From NCBI GenBank assembly GCA_965248695.1, contig CBDFKD010000002.1:896001-960000 (forward strand): 64,000 nt of DNA. The letters run 5' to 3'. A model generated the notes under the pieces. The model did not search any database, was not told the origin of the DNA, and saw only the letters and a program-made list of their open reading frames with translations. The position numbers and the translations under genes are program-made. Source of the DNA: Acidobacteriota bacterium. GTDB lineage: Bacteria; Acidobacteriota; UBA890; WLXD01. Of the stretch, positions 31,315-39,284 are shown one piece after another. Position 1 is the first letter of the stretch. Every line of letters starts with the position of its first letter.

Positions 31315-31749
31315 TCAGGCGGGGTCGGGCGTCGCGCCGCGGGGCAACCCGAGAATCAGGCTCCCCGCCAGCCAGCTCAGGAATCCGGTCGGCGCGCCGC
31401 CGATCAACCACATGAACGCCACCGGGTACTGATCGTTCGGGTAGAGAATCCACGGGGCGAAGTTCAGCAGGGAGCCGGTAACGATGCCGCCGAGCAGCAG
31501 TGTGGCGAGTCCGATCATCCAGCTCTGAGCCGAGGAACCGATCCAGGCGCACAGGGCTCCGAGACCGATGGCGAGCGACAAGACGACAGCGGACATCGAG
31601 ACCCTATAGGGGTGCCCGAATGTCGGATCGCCCGGAAAGCGCTCGCCGGTTCCCGGGAACAGGCCGACCCAGGCCAGCATCACCACCGCGATCACTACCC
31701 CGATGTAACCTGCGCCGGCGCGCACCCAGCGGGGATCCAGCTTGCTCAT
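31315..31749 (-). CDS. Hypothetical membrane protein
   Basis: GGAGG RBS and four hydrophobic segments. Confidence 0.6.
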   Translation of the reverse strand: MSKLDPRWVRAGAGYIGVVIAVVMLAWVGLFPGTGERFPGDPTFGHPYRVSMSAVVLSLAIGLGALCAWIGSSAQSWMIGLATLLLGGIVTGSLLNFAPWILYPNDQYPVAFMWLIGGAPTGFLSWLAGSLILGLPRGATPDPA

Positions 31750-31833
31750 GAGAAACCTCCGTGACAACGTCCGGCGCGTGCGATGGCCGTGGCGTTTTCA
31801 TGCTGATCGAATTCGTCGATTGAAGCAAGAGTA

Positions 31834-31848
31834 CTTTGCAATGCAAAG
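31834..31848. promoter_or_regulatory. Palindrome CTTTGCA-A-TGCAAAG between divergent genes
   Basis: Perfect 7-bp arms in an AT-rich intergenic patch. Confidence 0.45.
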
Positions 31849-31863
31849 GAACGCAAGGACCAT

Positions 31864-32625
31864 ATGGAGCTGAGCCGCAGTCGACGCCTGCTCATCGGAC
31901 GTCTGCGTCGCCGCAAGACGCGTGAGCGCGAGCAAATGTTCCTGGCCGAGGGCGTGCGTTGCGCCTCCGAGGTGCTCAGCGCCGGTGCCAAGGTGCGCTT
32001 TGCGGTGGTAGCGCCCCGTTTGCGCGCTCAGCCGGCTGGCACCGCCCTTATCGAGCATCTCGAGGCAGGTCGTATCGAGATCATCGACGCCACCGACGCC
32101 GACGTTGCCGAGCTCGCCGATACGGAGTCACCGCAGGGGGTGCTGCTGGGATGCGAGCAACCGTCCGCATCTCTCGAGACCATCAAGAGCACTCGGGTGC
32201 TGGTTGCCGACGCGATTGGAGATCCGGGCAACCTCGGCGCGCTGGTCCGATCTGCCGCGGCTTTCGGTGTCAGCGCGGTGGTGGCGCTCGACGGCACCGT
32301 CGACCCGTGGAATCCGAAGGCGGTGCGCGCTTCCGCTGGAAGCATCGCGCGGGTGACGATGCTGCGCGCCAGCTGGCCGGAGATCGACGGGTGGCGCTCG
32401 TCTCGGCACCTCGACGTGCTGGTGGCGGACCGCGGCGGCGAACCGCCGGAGTTGCCGGGGCGCGGCTGGGTGCTGGTCGTCGGAAGCGAGCCTCGTGGCG
32501 CACGCGCGGAGGTCCTGGCCGCCGCCAGTCACCGCATCGCGATTCCGATGTCCGGCGGCATAGACTCGCTCAACGCCGCCGTGGCGGGCTCCATCTTGAT
32601 GTACGCCTTGACGCGCAAGCCCTGA
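31864..32625 (+). CDS. TrmH/SpoU family RNA methyltransferase
   Basis: FLAEGVR, TESPQG, DPGNLGALVRSA, VGSEPRG and IPMSGGIDSLNAAVA. Confidence 0.92.
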   Translation: MELSRSRRLLIGRLRRRKTREREQMFLAEGVRCASEVLSAGAKVRFAVVAPRLRAQPAGTALIEHLEAGRIEIIDATDADVAELADTESPQGVLLGCEQPSASLETIKSTRVLVADAIGDPGNLGALVRSAAAFGVSAVVALDGTVDPWNPKAVRASAGSIARVTMLRASWPEIDGWRSSRHLDVLVADRGGEPPELPGRGWVLVVGSEPRGARAEVLAAASHRIAIPMSGGIDSLNAAVAGSILMYALTRKP

Positions 32626-32644
32626 AGGCAACGGGAGGAAAGAC

Positions 32645-32803
32645 ATGAAGAGCTCCGACGCCGCGAGACACGGCATCAGCTTCGGCTCCGCCCTGGCGAT
32701 CGCCATCTCGTTCAGCCTGCACCACTCGGTGCTCTGGGCCATCATCCACGGGCTCTTCTCGTGGCTCTACGTCATCTACTACGTGCTCACTCAAGCTCGC
32801 TGA
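32645..32803 (+). CDS. 52-aa small membrane protein
   Basis: MKSSDAARHGISFGSALAIAISFSLHHSVLWAIIHGLFSWLYVIYYVLTQAR*, strong GGGAGGA RBS and GC3-rich codons. Confidence 0.8.
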   Translation: MKSSDAARHGISFGSALAIAISFSLHHSVLWAIIHGLFSWLYVIYYVLTQAR

Positions 32804-32871
32804 GCGACTGCGGCGGCCGTGGTGCGGAATCAGAATCGACCGCCAGACGCCCCGATGACACACCGGCTGCC

Positions 32872-34113
32872 ATGAAGCCGTCCGCCATGAACAAGTCGTG
32901 CATCGTGGTGCTGGGCACCGGCTTCGGCGCCATGCAGGTGGTGCGCCGGCTCGATCGCGCCCATTTCGACGTCACCGTCGTCAGCCCGCGCAACTACTTT
33001 CTGTTCACGCCGCTGCTGGCCAGCACCACCGTCGGCACGATCGAGTTCCGCAGCATCATCGAGCCGATCCGTTCGGTGCGCGACCTGACCTACTATCAGG
33101 CGGCCTGCGAGGCGATCGATCCGGCGGCGCAGCGGATCGAGTGCGAGGCGATGAGCGACGGCCACCGCTTCGAGCTCGACTACGACCATCTCGTGGTAGC
33201 GGTTGGCGCCGGCAACAACACCTTCGGCGTCGCCGGGGTACACGAGCACTGCCTGTTCCTGCGCGACCTGCCGGATGCGCGCACCATCCGCCAACGCATC
33301 ATCGAGCAGCTCGAGCGTGCCAGCCGTCCCGGTATCGATACCGAGACGCGCGACCGCCTGCTGCACTTCGTGGTCATCGGCGGTGGGCCTACGGGCGTCG
33401 AGTTCGCCGCCGAGCTGCACGACTTCATCGACGCCGACCTGCATCGCTGGTTCCGCGCCACCGTGGACCATGTGCGCATCACGCTACTGGAGTCGTCGGG
33501 CTCCATTCTCGGCGCTTTCGACCAGAGTCTGTCGCGCTTCGCGGCGCGCCGCTTCCGCCGGCAGGACATCGATGTGCGCACCCACACGCGGGTAACCGCC
33601 ATCGATGTTGACTGCGTGAGTCTGGACAGCGGCGAGCGGCTCGCCTACGGGGTGGCCGTGTGGTCGGCTGGGAATGCGCCGACGTCGCTGATCGCCAGCC
33701 TCGACTGGCCCAAATCGCGCGACGGACGCCTGGTGGCCGGGGCGACGCTCAGGGTTCCCGGACAGAACAACGTCTGGGCGCTCGGCGACTGCGCGGTAGT
33801 CGACGGCGAGTCCCTGCCCCCCACCGCGCAAGTGGCGCAGCAGCAAGGCAAGTACCTCGCCAACAACCTCAATCGCCTGGCCACGGGACGTGCCGAGAAA
33901 CGCTTCCGCTTCCGCCATCTCGGCATGCTCGCCTACGTAGGTGAGCACCGGGCGCTGGCCGATCTGCCGAGCGTCAAGGGCCGCGGCTTCGTCACGTGGG
34001 TGTTCTGGCGCTCGGTGTACTGGACGCGCCTGGTCAGCCTGCGCAACAAGGTACTGGTGGTGTTCGACTGGCTCACCACCCTGGCGTTCGGTCGCGACGT
34101 GAGTAGGTTCTGA
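32872..34113 (+). CDS. ndh: Type II NADH:quinone oxidoreductase (NDH-2)
   Basis: GTGFGA, FLFTPLL, GGGPTGVEFAAEL, WSAG, ALGDC and AQVAQQQG. Confidence 0.92.
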   Translation: MKPSAMNKSCIVVLGTGFGAMQVVRRLDRAHFDVTVVSPRNYFLFTPLLASTTVGTIEFRSIIEPIRSVRDLTYYQAACEAIDPAAQRIECEAMSDGHRFELDYDHLVVAVGAGNNTFGVAGVHEHCLFLRDLPDARTIRQRIIEQLERASRPGIDTETRDRLLHFVVIGGGPTGVEFAAELHDFIDADLHRWFRATVDHVRITLLESSGSILGAFDQSLSRFAARRFRRQDIDVRTHTRVTAIDVDCVSLDSGERLAYGVAVWSAGNAPTSLIASLDWPKSRDGRLVAGATLRVPGQNNVWALGDCAVVDGESLPPTAQVAQQQGKYLANNLNRLATGRAEKRFRFRHLGMLAYVGEHRALADLPSVKGRGFVTWVFWRSVYWTRLVSLRNKVLVVFDWLTTLAFGRDVSRF

Positions 34114-34117
34114 GATG

Positions 34118-34396
34118 CTAGCAGGCCGTGGTGAAAGTGTGGTGGGTCTGGCGACAGGGTTTTGCGAGGCGCAGGCCAGGAGAGAGGAGGAGGCGATGGT
34201 TACCCCATCGTTGACGACAAACGACGCAGCATCCGCGCGCAACCCCCAGTCGCCCGAAGGGTTACGGCGATTTGGGGCCATCTGCGGCGTTGGCCTTCCT
34301 CGACGATGGCTAGGGCATCGTGTGCGTCAGGCCGCCTTGCATCTGGCCCCAACTCGCCGTAACCAGACCCACCACACTTTCACCACGACCTGCTAG
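34118..34396. mobile_element. 279-bp MITE-like element, copy 2 (inverted relative to copy 1)
   Basis: Left end ctagcaggccgtggtgaaagtgtggtgggtctgg, right end ccagacccaccacactttcaccacgacctgctag. Confidence 0.85.
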
Positions 34397-34398
34397 CG

Positions 34399-35355
34399 AT
34401 GAGGCCACTGGCGGCCCGCCGGCCAACCAGCGCCGGGCAAGCGGCTACGCTGGCGCTGATTCTGGCAACGTTGGTGTCGGCGGCGGCAGCGGTGGCGGCT
34501 GGATGCTCCGCGCCTCCTGACAGCGAAGAACACGACACCCGGCACCGAACGACGAGCCCCATGACGAACCGACCCTTGATCAACATCGCCCATCGCGGCG
34601 CTTCCGCCTACGCCCCTGAGCACACGTTCGCCTCCTGGGATCTGGCGCTGACGATGAACGCCGACTATCTCGAGCAGGACCTGCAGATGACCGCCGACGG
34701 CGTGCTGGTGGTAATGCACGACGACACCCTCGACCGCACGACTCGCGGACCCGAGGAAACCTGTCGCGGACCGGTGATCGAGAGGACGCTGGCGCAGCTC
34801 GCGGGCTGCGACGCCGGCTCCTGGTTCAACGAAGAACACCCTGATCGCGCCCGTCCCGAGTTCGCCGAGCAGCGCATCCCGACGCTCGAGAGCGTCTTCG
34901 AGCGCTACGCCGGTCGGGCGCGCTTTTACATCGAGACCAAGAACCCCGAGGCCGCGCCAGGCATGGAAGAGGAGCTGCTGCGTTTGCTGCACGCCTTCGA
35001 CCTGGTGCCGTCGTCGCTCGACGACCACACGGTAATCCTGCAGTCGTTCAGCCCCGCCAGCCTGATGAAGTTGCGCGACCTGGAGCCGACGCTCCCCCGG
35101 GTGCAGCTCGCTCCCGGGCGCGAGACCACTGCCAGCATCCGCTCACAGCTGGGCGAGGTCGCCACCTACGCCCAGGGGATCGGGCCACACTACAGCGATG
35201 TGAACGAAGCCCTGCTCGCCGACGCAAACGACCTCGGCCTCATCGTGCACGCCTACACGGTCGACGAGCCCGAGGAAATGCGGCGGTTGATCGGCATCGG
35301 CGTCGACGGGATGTTCACCAACGTGCCGGACGTACTCGCTGCCATCGCGCGCTGA
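34399..35355 (+). CDS. Glycerophosphodiester phosphodiesterase (GlpQ/UgpQ family), possible lipoprotein
   Basis: IAHRGASAYAPEHT, EQDLQMTADG.LVVMHD, YIETK, QSF and GVDGMFTN; lipobox-like VAAGC. Confidence 0.92.
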   Translation: MRPLAARRPTSAGQAATLALILATLVSAAAAVAAGCSAPPDSEEHDTRHRTTSPMTNRPLINIAHRGASAYAPEHTFASWDLALTMNADYLEQDLQMTADGVLVVMHDDTLDRTTRGPEETCRGPVIERTLAQLAGCDAGSWFNEEHPDRARPEFAEQRIPTLESVFERYAGRARFYIETKNPEAAPGMEEELLRLLHAFDLVPSSLDDHTVILQSFSPASLMKLRDLEPTLPRVQLAPGRETTASIRSQLGEVATYAQGIGPHYSDVNEALLADANDLGLIVHAYTVDEPEEMRRLIGIGVDGMFTNVPDVLAAIAR

Positions 35356-35394
35356 ACGCGAGAACCGGTGAGCACTGAACATCGGAACCCGCCC

Positions 35395-36951
35395 CTATTG
35401 GTACACCCACGGGCCCAGGGGCACGTCGTTCTTGCAGCTGTCGTCGATCTTCGCGTACGGATCATCCAGGAAATCCGAAACGAGCTTAGGTCGGCAGTCC
35501 CCCGGTAACCCGTGTCGCTGACCCTGCAGCTCAATGATCTGCAGGTTGGGCATCGTTCGTGCCACGTGGTGACCCCAGCGCGGGCTGCAGCACACGTCGA
35601 CCTGACCATGCAGCGATAGCCCGGGAACGTCCGAGTGGAAGCGGTCGTTGTGCTCCGGCGGCACAGCCCCGTCAGCACCCCACCAGGCGCACATCTTGGC
35701 GTCCTCGAAGGCCAATAACGCCGGCTCGCGCTCGACCATGGCGATGACGTCTTCCTTGGTCGGACGGTTCGCCCCCATGTCGCCGCAAATGTGCGCCAGA
35801 TGCGTGCCCAGCGGCGGCACCGGCAGGCCGCTGACGAATCGGGCATCGGTTCCGGCCAGAATGCGCCCGTAGTTCTCGGTCTCGACCTCGGCCCAGCTGT
35901 CGGCGTCGAAGAAGTCGTCGAGCGCCGAGTAATCACCCTTCTGCACCCTCGACAGCACGTTGGGCAGCTTCATGTAGATCGTCTCGAAGCGGCGGTAGAG
36001 GCGCCCCATGAACGCTACGCCGTCGAACGACATGGTGACCGTCGTGCCGTCCCGGGTCTGCACCGTCTTGGTGTGCGGCCGCTCATCCAGAATGCGGCGT
36101 ACCCGATCGATCTCGTAGTACCAGGCGGGGAGCAGCTCGCGACAGTGCGGGTCTTCGGCGACGCAGAGCCCGAGGATGTCGGTGTACACCTGCTTGATGG
36201 TGTAGAACTCGTCGATCGCGGCGCGGTTGCGGATCTCGCCGAACCAGGGGCTGAGCAGGACGATCGAGCGCACGCGGTCGGGGAAGTAGCGCAGGTACGC
36301 GATCACGCTGCCGCCGCCGGTGGAGTAACCGTAGGCGTTGATCTGTTCGTGGCCGAGGAGCTGACGGATCTCGTCGACATCGCGGGCGATGTCGTACTCG
36401 TTGTACTTGGTGACGTCGATGCCCTCCGCCATCAGCTTGTCGTAGCAGCGCTCGACGGTCTCGGCGTGCAGGCGCAGCCGCTCCATGGAGTCGTTGGTCA
36501 GAACGATCGACGGCGCCAGCCGGTTCTGGTAGGGCGACATGGCGATGTCGGGGCACGACAGCGTCGGCTCGGAGTTGAAGAAGCCGCGGTGATCGATGAG
36601 CACCAGCGTGCGGGTCGCAGCGTCGGTGCGTAGCCAATCGACATAGGCGCGCATAGGAGACAGCCCCGGACCGCCGGGAAAATACACGACCGGATCGGGG
36701 TGCGGACGTGCGGACCCGTGGTCGGGGGCCATGACGGCGACCGGGAGCTCGACGATGGTGCCGTTCGGATCGTCACGATCCTCCTGGCCGAAGAACCGGT
36801 AACACTCGGCGTTGGCCCCGAGGAGCTCCGGGGTCGTGCACTCGGCTGACTCCAGCCTCGGCACCTGCGCCTGAATCTGCGCTGAGGGAGCGCCCGCCAG
36901 CGCGAGCAGCCAGACGATCGAGGCGGCAGCGAGCCTGCGGCGCGTGAGCAC
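35395..36951 (-). CDS. Exported alpha/beta hydrolase with TAP-like C-terminus
   Basis: Signal peptide, FPGGPG, IDHRG, ARDVDEIR and nucleophile GYSTGG; C-terminal GQVD...GQRHG. Confidence 0.85.
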   Translation of the reverse strand: MLTRRRLAAASIVWLLALAGAPSAQIQAQVPRLESAECTTPELLGANAECYRFFGQEDRDDPNGTIVELPVAVMAPDHGSARPHPDPVVYFPGGPGLSPMRAYVDWLRTDAATRTLVLIDHRGFFNSEPTLSCPDIAMSPYQNRLAPSIVLTNDSMERLRLHAETVERCYDKLMAEGIDVTKYNEYDIARDVDEIRQLLGHEQINAYGYSTGGGSVIAYLRYFPDRVRSIVLLSPWFGEIRNRAAIDEFYTIKQVYTDILGLCVAEDPHCRELLPAWYYEIDRVRRILDERPHTKTVQTRDGTTVTMSFDGVAFMGRLYRRFETIYMKLPNVLSRVQKGDYSALDDFFDADSWAEVETENYGRILAGTDARFVSGLPVPPLGTHLAHICGDMGANRPTKEDVIAMVEREPALLAFEDAKMCAWWGADGAVPPEHNDRFHSDVPGLSLHGQVDVCCSPRWGHHVARTMPNLQIIELQGQRHGLPGDCRPKLVSDFLDDPYAKIDDSCKNDVPLGPWVYQ

Positions 36952-36968
36952 TCTGACCGCGCTCGGTT

Positions 36969-37590
36969 CTACTCGAATACCCATGGCCCCAGGGACACGT
37001 CGTCGGTGCAGCTATCGTCGACTTCGGCATCCGGGTCGTCCAGGAAGCTCGAGATCACCTGCGGCCGACACTCCCCCGCCAGCCCATGCCCGAGCGCCTG
37101 AAACTCGAGGATCTGCAGATTGGGCATTGTGCGCGCCAGATAATGGCCCCAGCGCGTGGTGCAGCACGAGTCGACCTGACCGTGCAGCGACAGCCCGGGA
37201 ACATCGGAGTAAAAGCGATCGTTGTGCTCTGGTGGCACGGCGCCGTCCACACCCCACCAGGCGCAGATCTTGTTGTCCTCGAACGCTACCAGCGCCGGCT
37301 CGCGCTCGAGCATGGCGAAGACGTCGTCCTTGGTCGGTCGATTCGCGCCCATATCGCCGCAAACGTGGGCAAGGTAGTAACCGTAGGGCTGCCGCTCGTC
37401 GACGTCATCGGGCGACACCTCACGCCAGCCGTCAATGCTGAAGAAGTCGTCGAGCGCCGAGTAGTCGTGCCGCTGTACCCGCGACAGCACGTTCGGCAGC
37501 TTCATGTAGATGTCCTCGAAGCGGCGATAGATCTTGGCGATCAGGGCGACACCGTCGAACGTCAGGGTAACCGTCCTGCCGTCGTCCGTC
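36969..37590 (-). pseudogene. 3' remnant of a tandem paralogous alpha/beta hydrolase, truncated by IS3
   Basis: Very similar to the downstream gene (MKLPNVLSRVQ, HVCGDMGANRPTK, PPEHNDRF); the frame runs into the IS left end. Confidence 0.85.
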
Positions 37591-38862
37591 TGACCTGCCC
37601 CCCAATAATCGGGCCAGTCTGAGAGTTAGGATTTGAGGCTCTCAGGATGGCTCGGGAAGGGGGAAGAATGGGCGCGGAAGCGGTACACTGTAGAGCAGAT
37701 CATCGCCAAGCTCAGGGAGGCAGAGATCGAGCTAGCGAAAGGGGCCAAGACACCGGAGGCATGCCGCAAGCTGGGAATCAGCGAGAACACGTATTACCGG
37801 TGGCGCAAGGAGTACGGTGGACTGAGGGTGGATCAGGCACGGCGACTCAAGGAGCTGGAGCGGGAAAACGGCCGGCTCAAGAAGTTGCTGGCGGAGACGA
37901 TGCTCGACAACGCCATCCTCAAAGAGGTTTCGTCGGGAAACTTCTGAGCCCGGCACGACGGAGCCGGGCAGTGCACCACGCACAGCAGTCGTTGGGTGTG
38001 TCCGAGAGGCGAGCCTGCAGAGTACTGGGCCGGGTGCGCTCGACGCAGCAGTATCGGCCCAAGGTGCCGCAGGAGGAGAAGGCACTGGTGGAGCGGATGA
38101 CCCAGCTGGCGACGCAGTACGGGCGCTATGGGTACCGGCGGATCACGGCGCTGTTGGTACGTGAGGGGTGGCGAGTGAATCACAAGAGGGTCGAACGGTT
38201 ATGGCGTCGTGAGGGGCTGAAGGTACCGAAAAAGCAGCCCAAGCGCGGACGCTGGTGGCGCAATGATGGATCGTGCGTGCGGCTGCGGCCGGAGAGGAAA
38301 GATCACGTCTGGGCCTATGACTTCGTGCACGAACGAACTCACGACGGGCGAGCGTTTCGTCTACTGACGATCGTGGATGAGTACACGAGAGAGTGCTTGG
38401 CAATCGATGTAGCACGCAGGCTCAACTCCGAGAACGTGCTGGAGCGACTCGCTGAGCTGTTCGTGAACCGGGGTGTTGCCGATCACATCCGCTCCGACAA
38501 CGGACCGGAGTTCACTTCTCGGGCAGTGCGTGAATGGCTCGAGCGAATCGGTGTGAAGACGCTGTTCATTGAGCCCGGATCGCCATGGGAAAACGGCTAT
38601 GTGGAGAGCTTCAACGGCAAGCTCCGAGACGAGCTGCTGAACGGCGAGATCTTCTACACGCTCAAGGAGGCGCAGTGCTTGGTGCACCGCTGGCGCCGCC
38701 AGTACAACCAGGTGCGGCCCCATAGCTCGTTGGGCTATCGACCGCCTGCACCCGAAGCGACGTTGTTGCAGCCGGCTACGCTCCGCTTCGCCAGCTCCAA
38801 CAATCTCTTGCCAGTACCGATTCTATGAGTTACGAAGTGGCCCAAACACTTGGGGCAGGTCA
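37591..38862 (+). mobile_element. IS3-family insertion sequence (1272 bp)
   Basis: TG...CA ends with inverted repeats tgacctgcccc / ggggcaggtca; orfA and orfB. Flanks cgtc and cgct do not form a TSD. Confidence 0.95.
37668..38828 (+). CDS. IS3 transposase OrfA/OrfB with programmed -1 frameshift
   Basis: OrfA HTH RKRYTVEQII...YYRWRKEYGG; slippery GGGAAAC (37935-37941) plus hairpin gcccggc/gccgggc; OrfB DDE WAYDF, SDNGPEF, ENGYVESFNG. An extra G after the ATG displaces the orfA start. Confidence 0.92.
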   Translation: MGAEAVHCRADHRQAQGGRDRASERGQDTGGMPQAGNQREHVLPVAQGVRWTEGGSGTATQGAGAGKRPAQEVAGGDDARQRHPQRGFVGKLLSPARRSRAVHHAQQSLGVSERRACRVLGRVRSTQQYRPKVPQEEKALVERMTQLATQYGRYGYRRITALLVREGWRVNHKRVERLWRREGLKVPKKQPKRGRWWRNDGSCVRLRPERKDHVWAYDFVHERTHDGRAFRLLTIVDEYTRECLAIDVARRLNSENVLERLAELFVNRGVADHIRSDNGPEFTSRAVREWLERIGVKTLFIEPGSPWENGYVESFNGKLRDELLNGEIFYTLKEAQCLVHRWRRQYNQVRPHSSLGYRPPAPEATLLQPATLRFASSNNLLPVPIL

Positions 38863-39177
38863 CGCTGCCAGAACCGCGACGGCGGTGGCCTGTTGGTCAC
38901 ACCAACCGATTCCGCGAACCAGGTCGTTCCACGCGTACGTGTCGACGATCGGCCCACCCTCAGCGAGCAACTCAGAGTGTACGAAGGCCATGAGCTGCAG
39001 CAGTGTCTGTTCCGCCGTCTCCGGGTCCGAAAGAGCTTGATCCAGGACCCGCTCGTAGCCGATCTCCGTATACAACCGCTCGCGGACGCGGTCAGAGAAG
39101 ACCACCGCCGACACTATGCCGATGGCGACCAGCAACCCGACACCGAGACCGGCAGTGAGCACTCGCCGTTTGGACAT
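38863..39177 (-). pseudogene. 3'-truncated membrane-anchored protein, transglutaminase-like Cys motif
   Basis: N-terminal TM and GIGWCDQQA; the stop comes from the IS end. Confidence 0.55.
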
Positions 39178-39284
39178 TTGGACGATTCGCGGTGGGAGAA
39201 AGAGCGTGGACCACGGGTACCGTAGCTGCGTGGGCGTCGGTGGGCAAGGAACCGCCGTAGCTTGCCCTTAAAACCGCAGGTTTG

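Noticed and set aside
37647-38828. Single 393-aa ORF read as a naturally fused IS3 transposase
   Set aside because: Its N-terminal part is not OrfA. The real OrfA is in another frame and joins via the GGGAAAC frameshift site.
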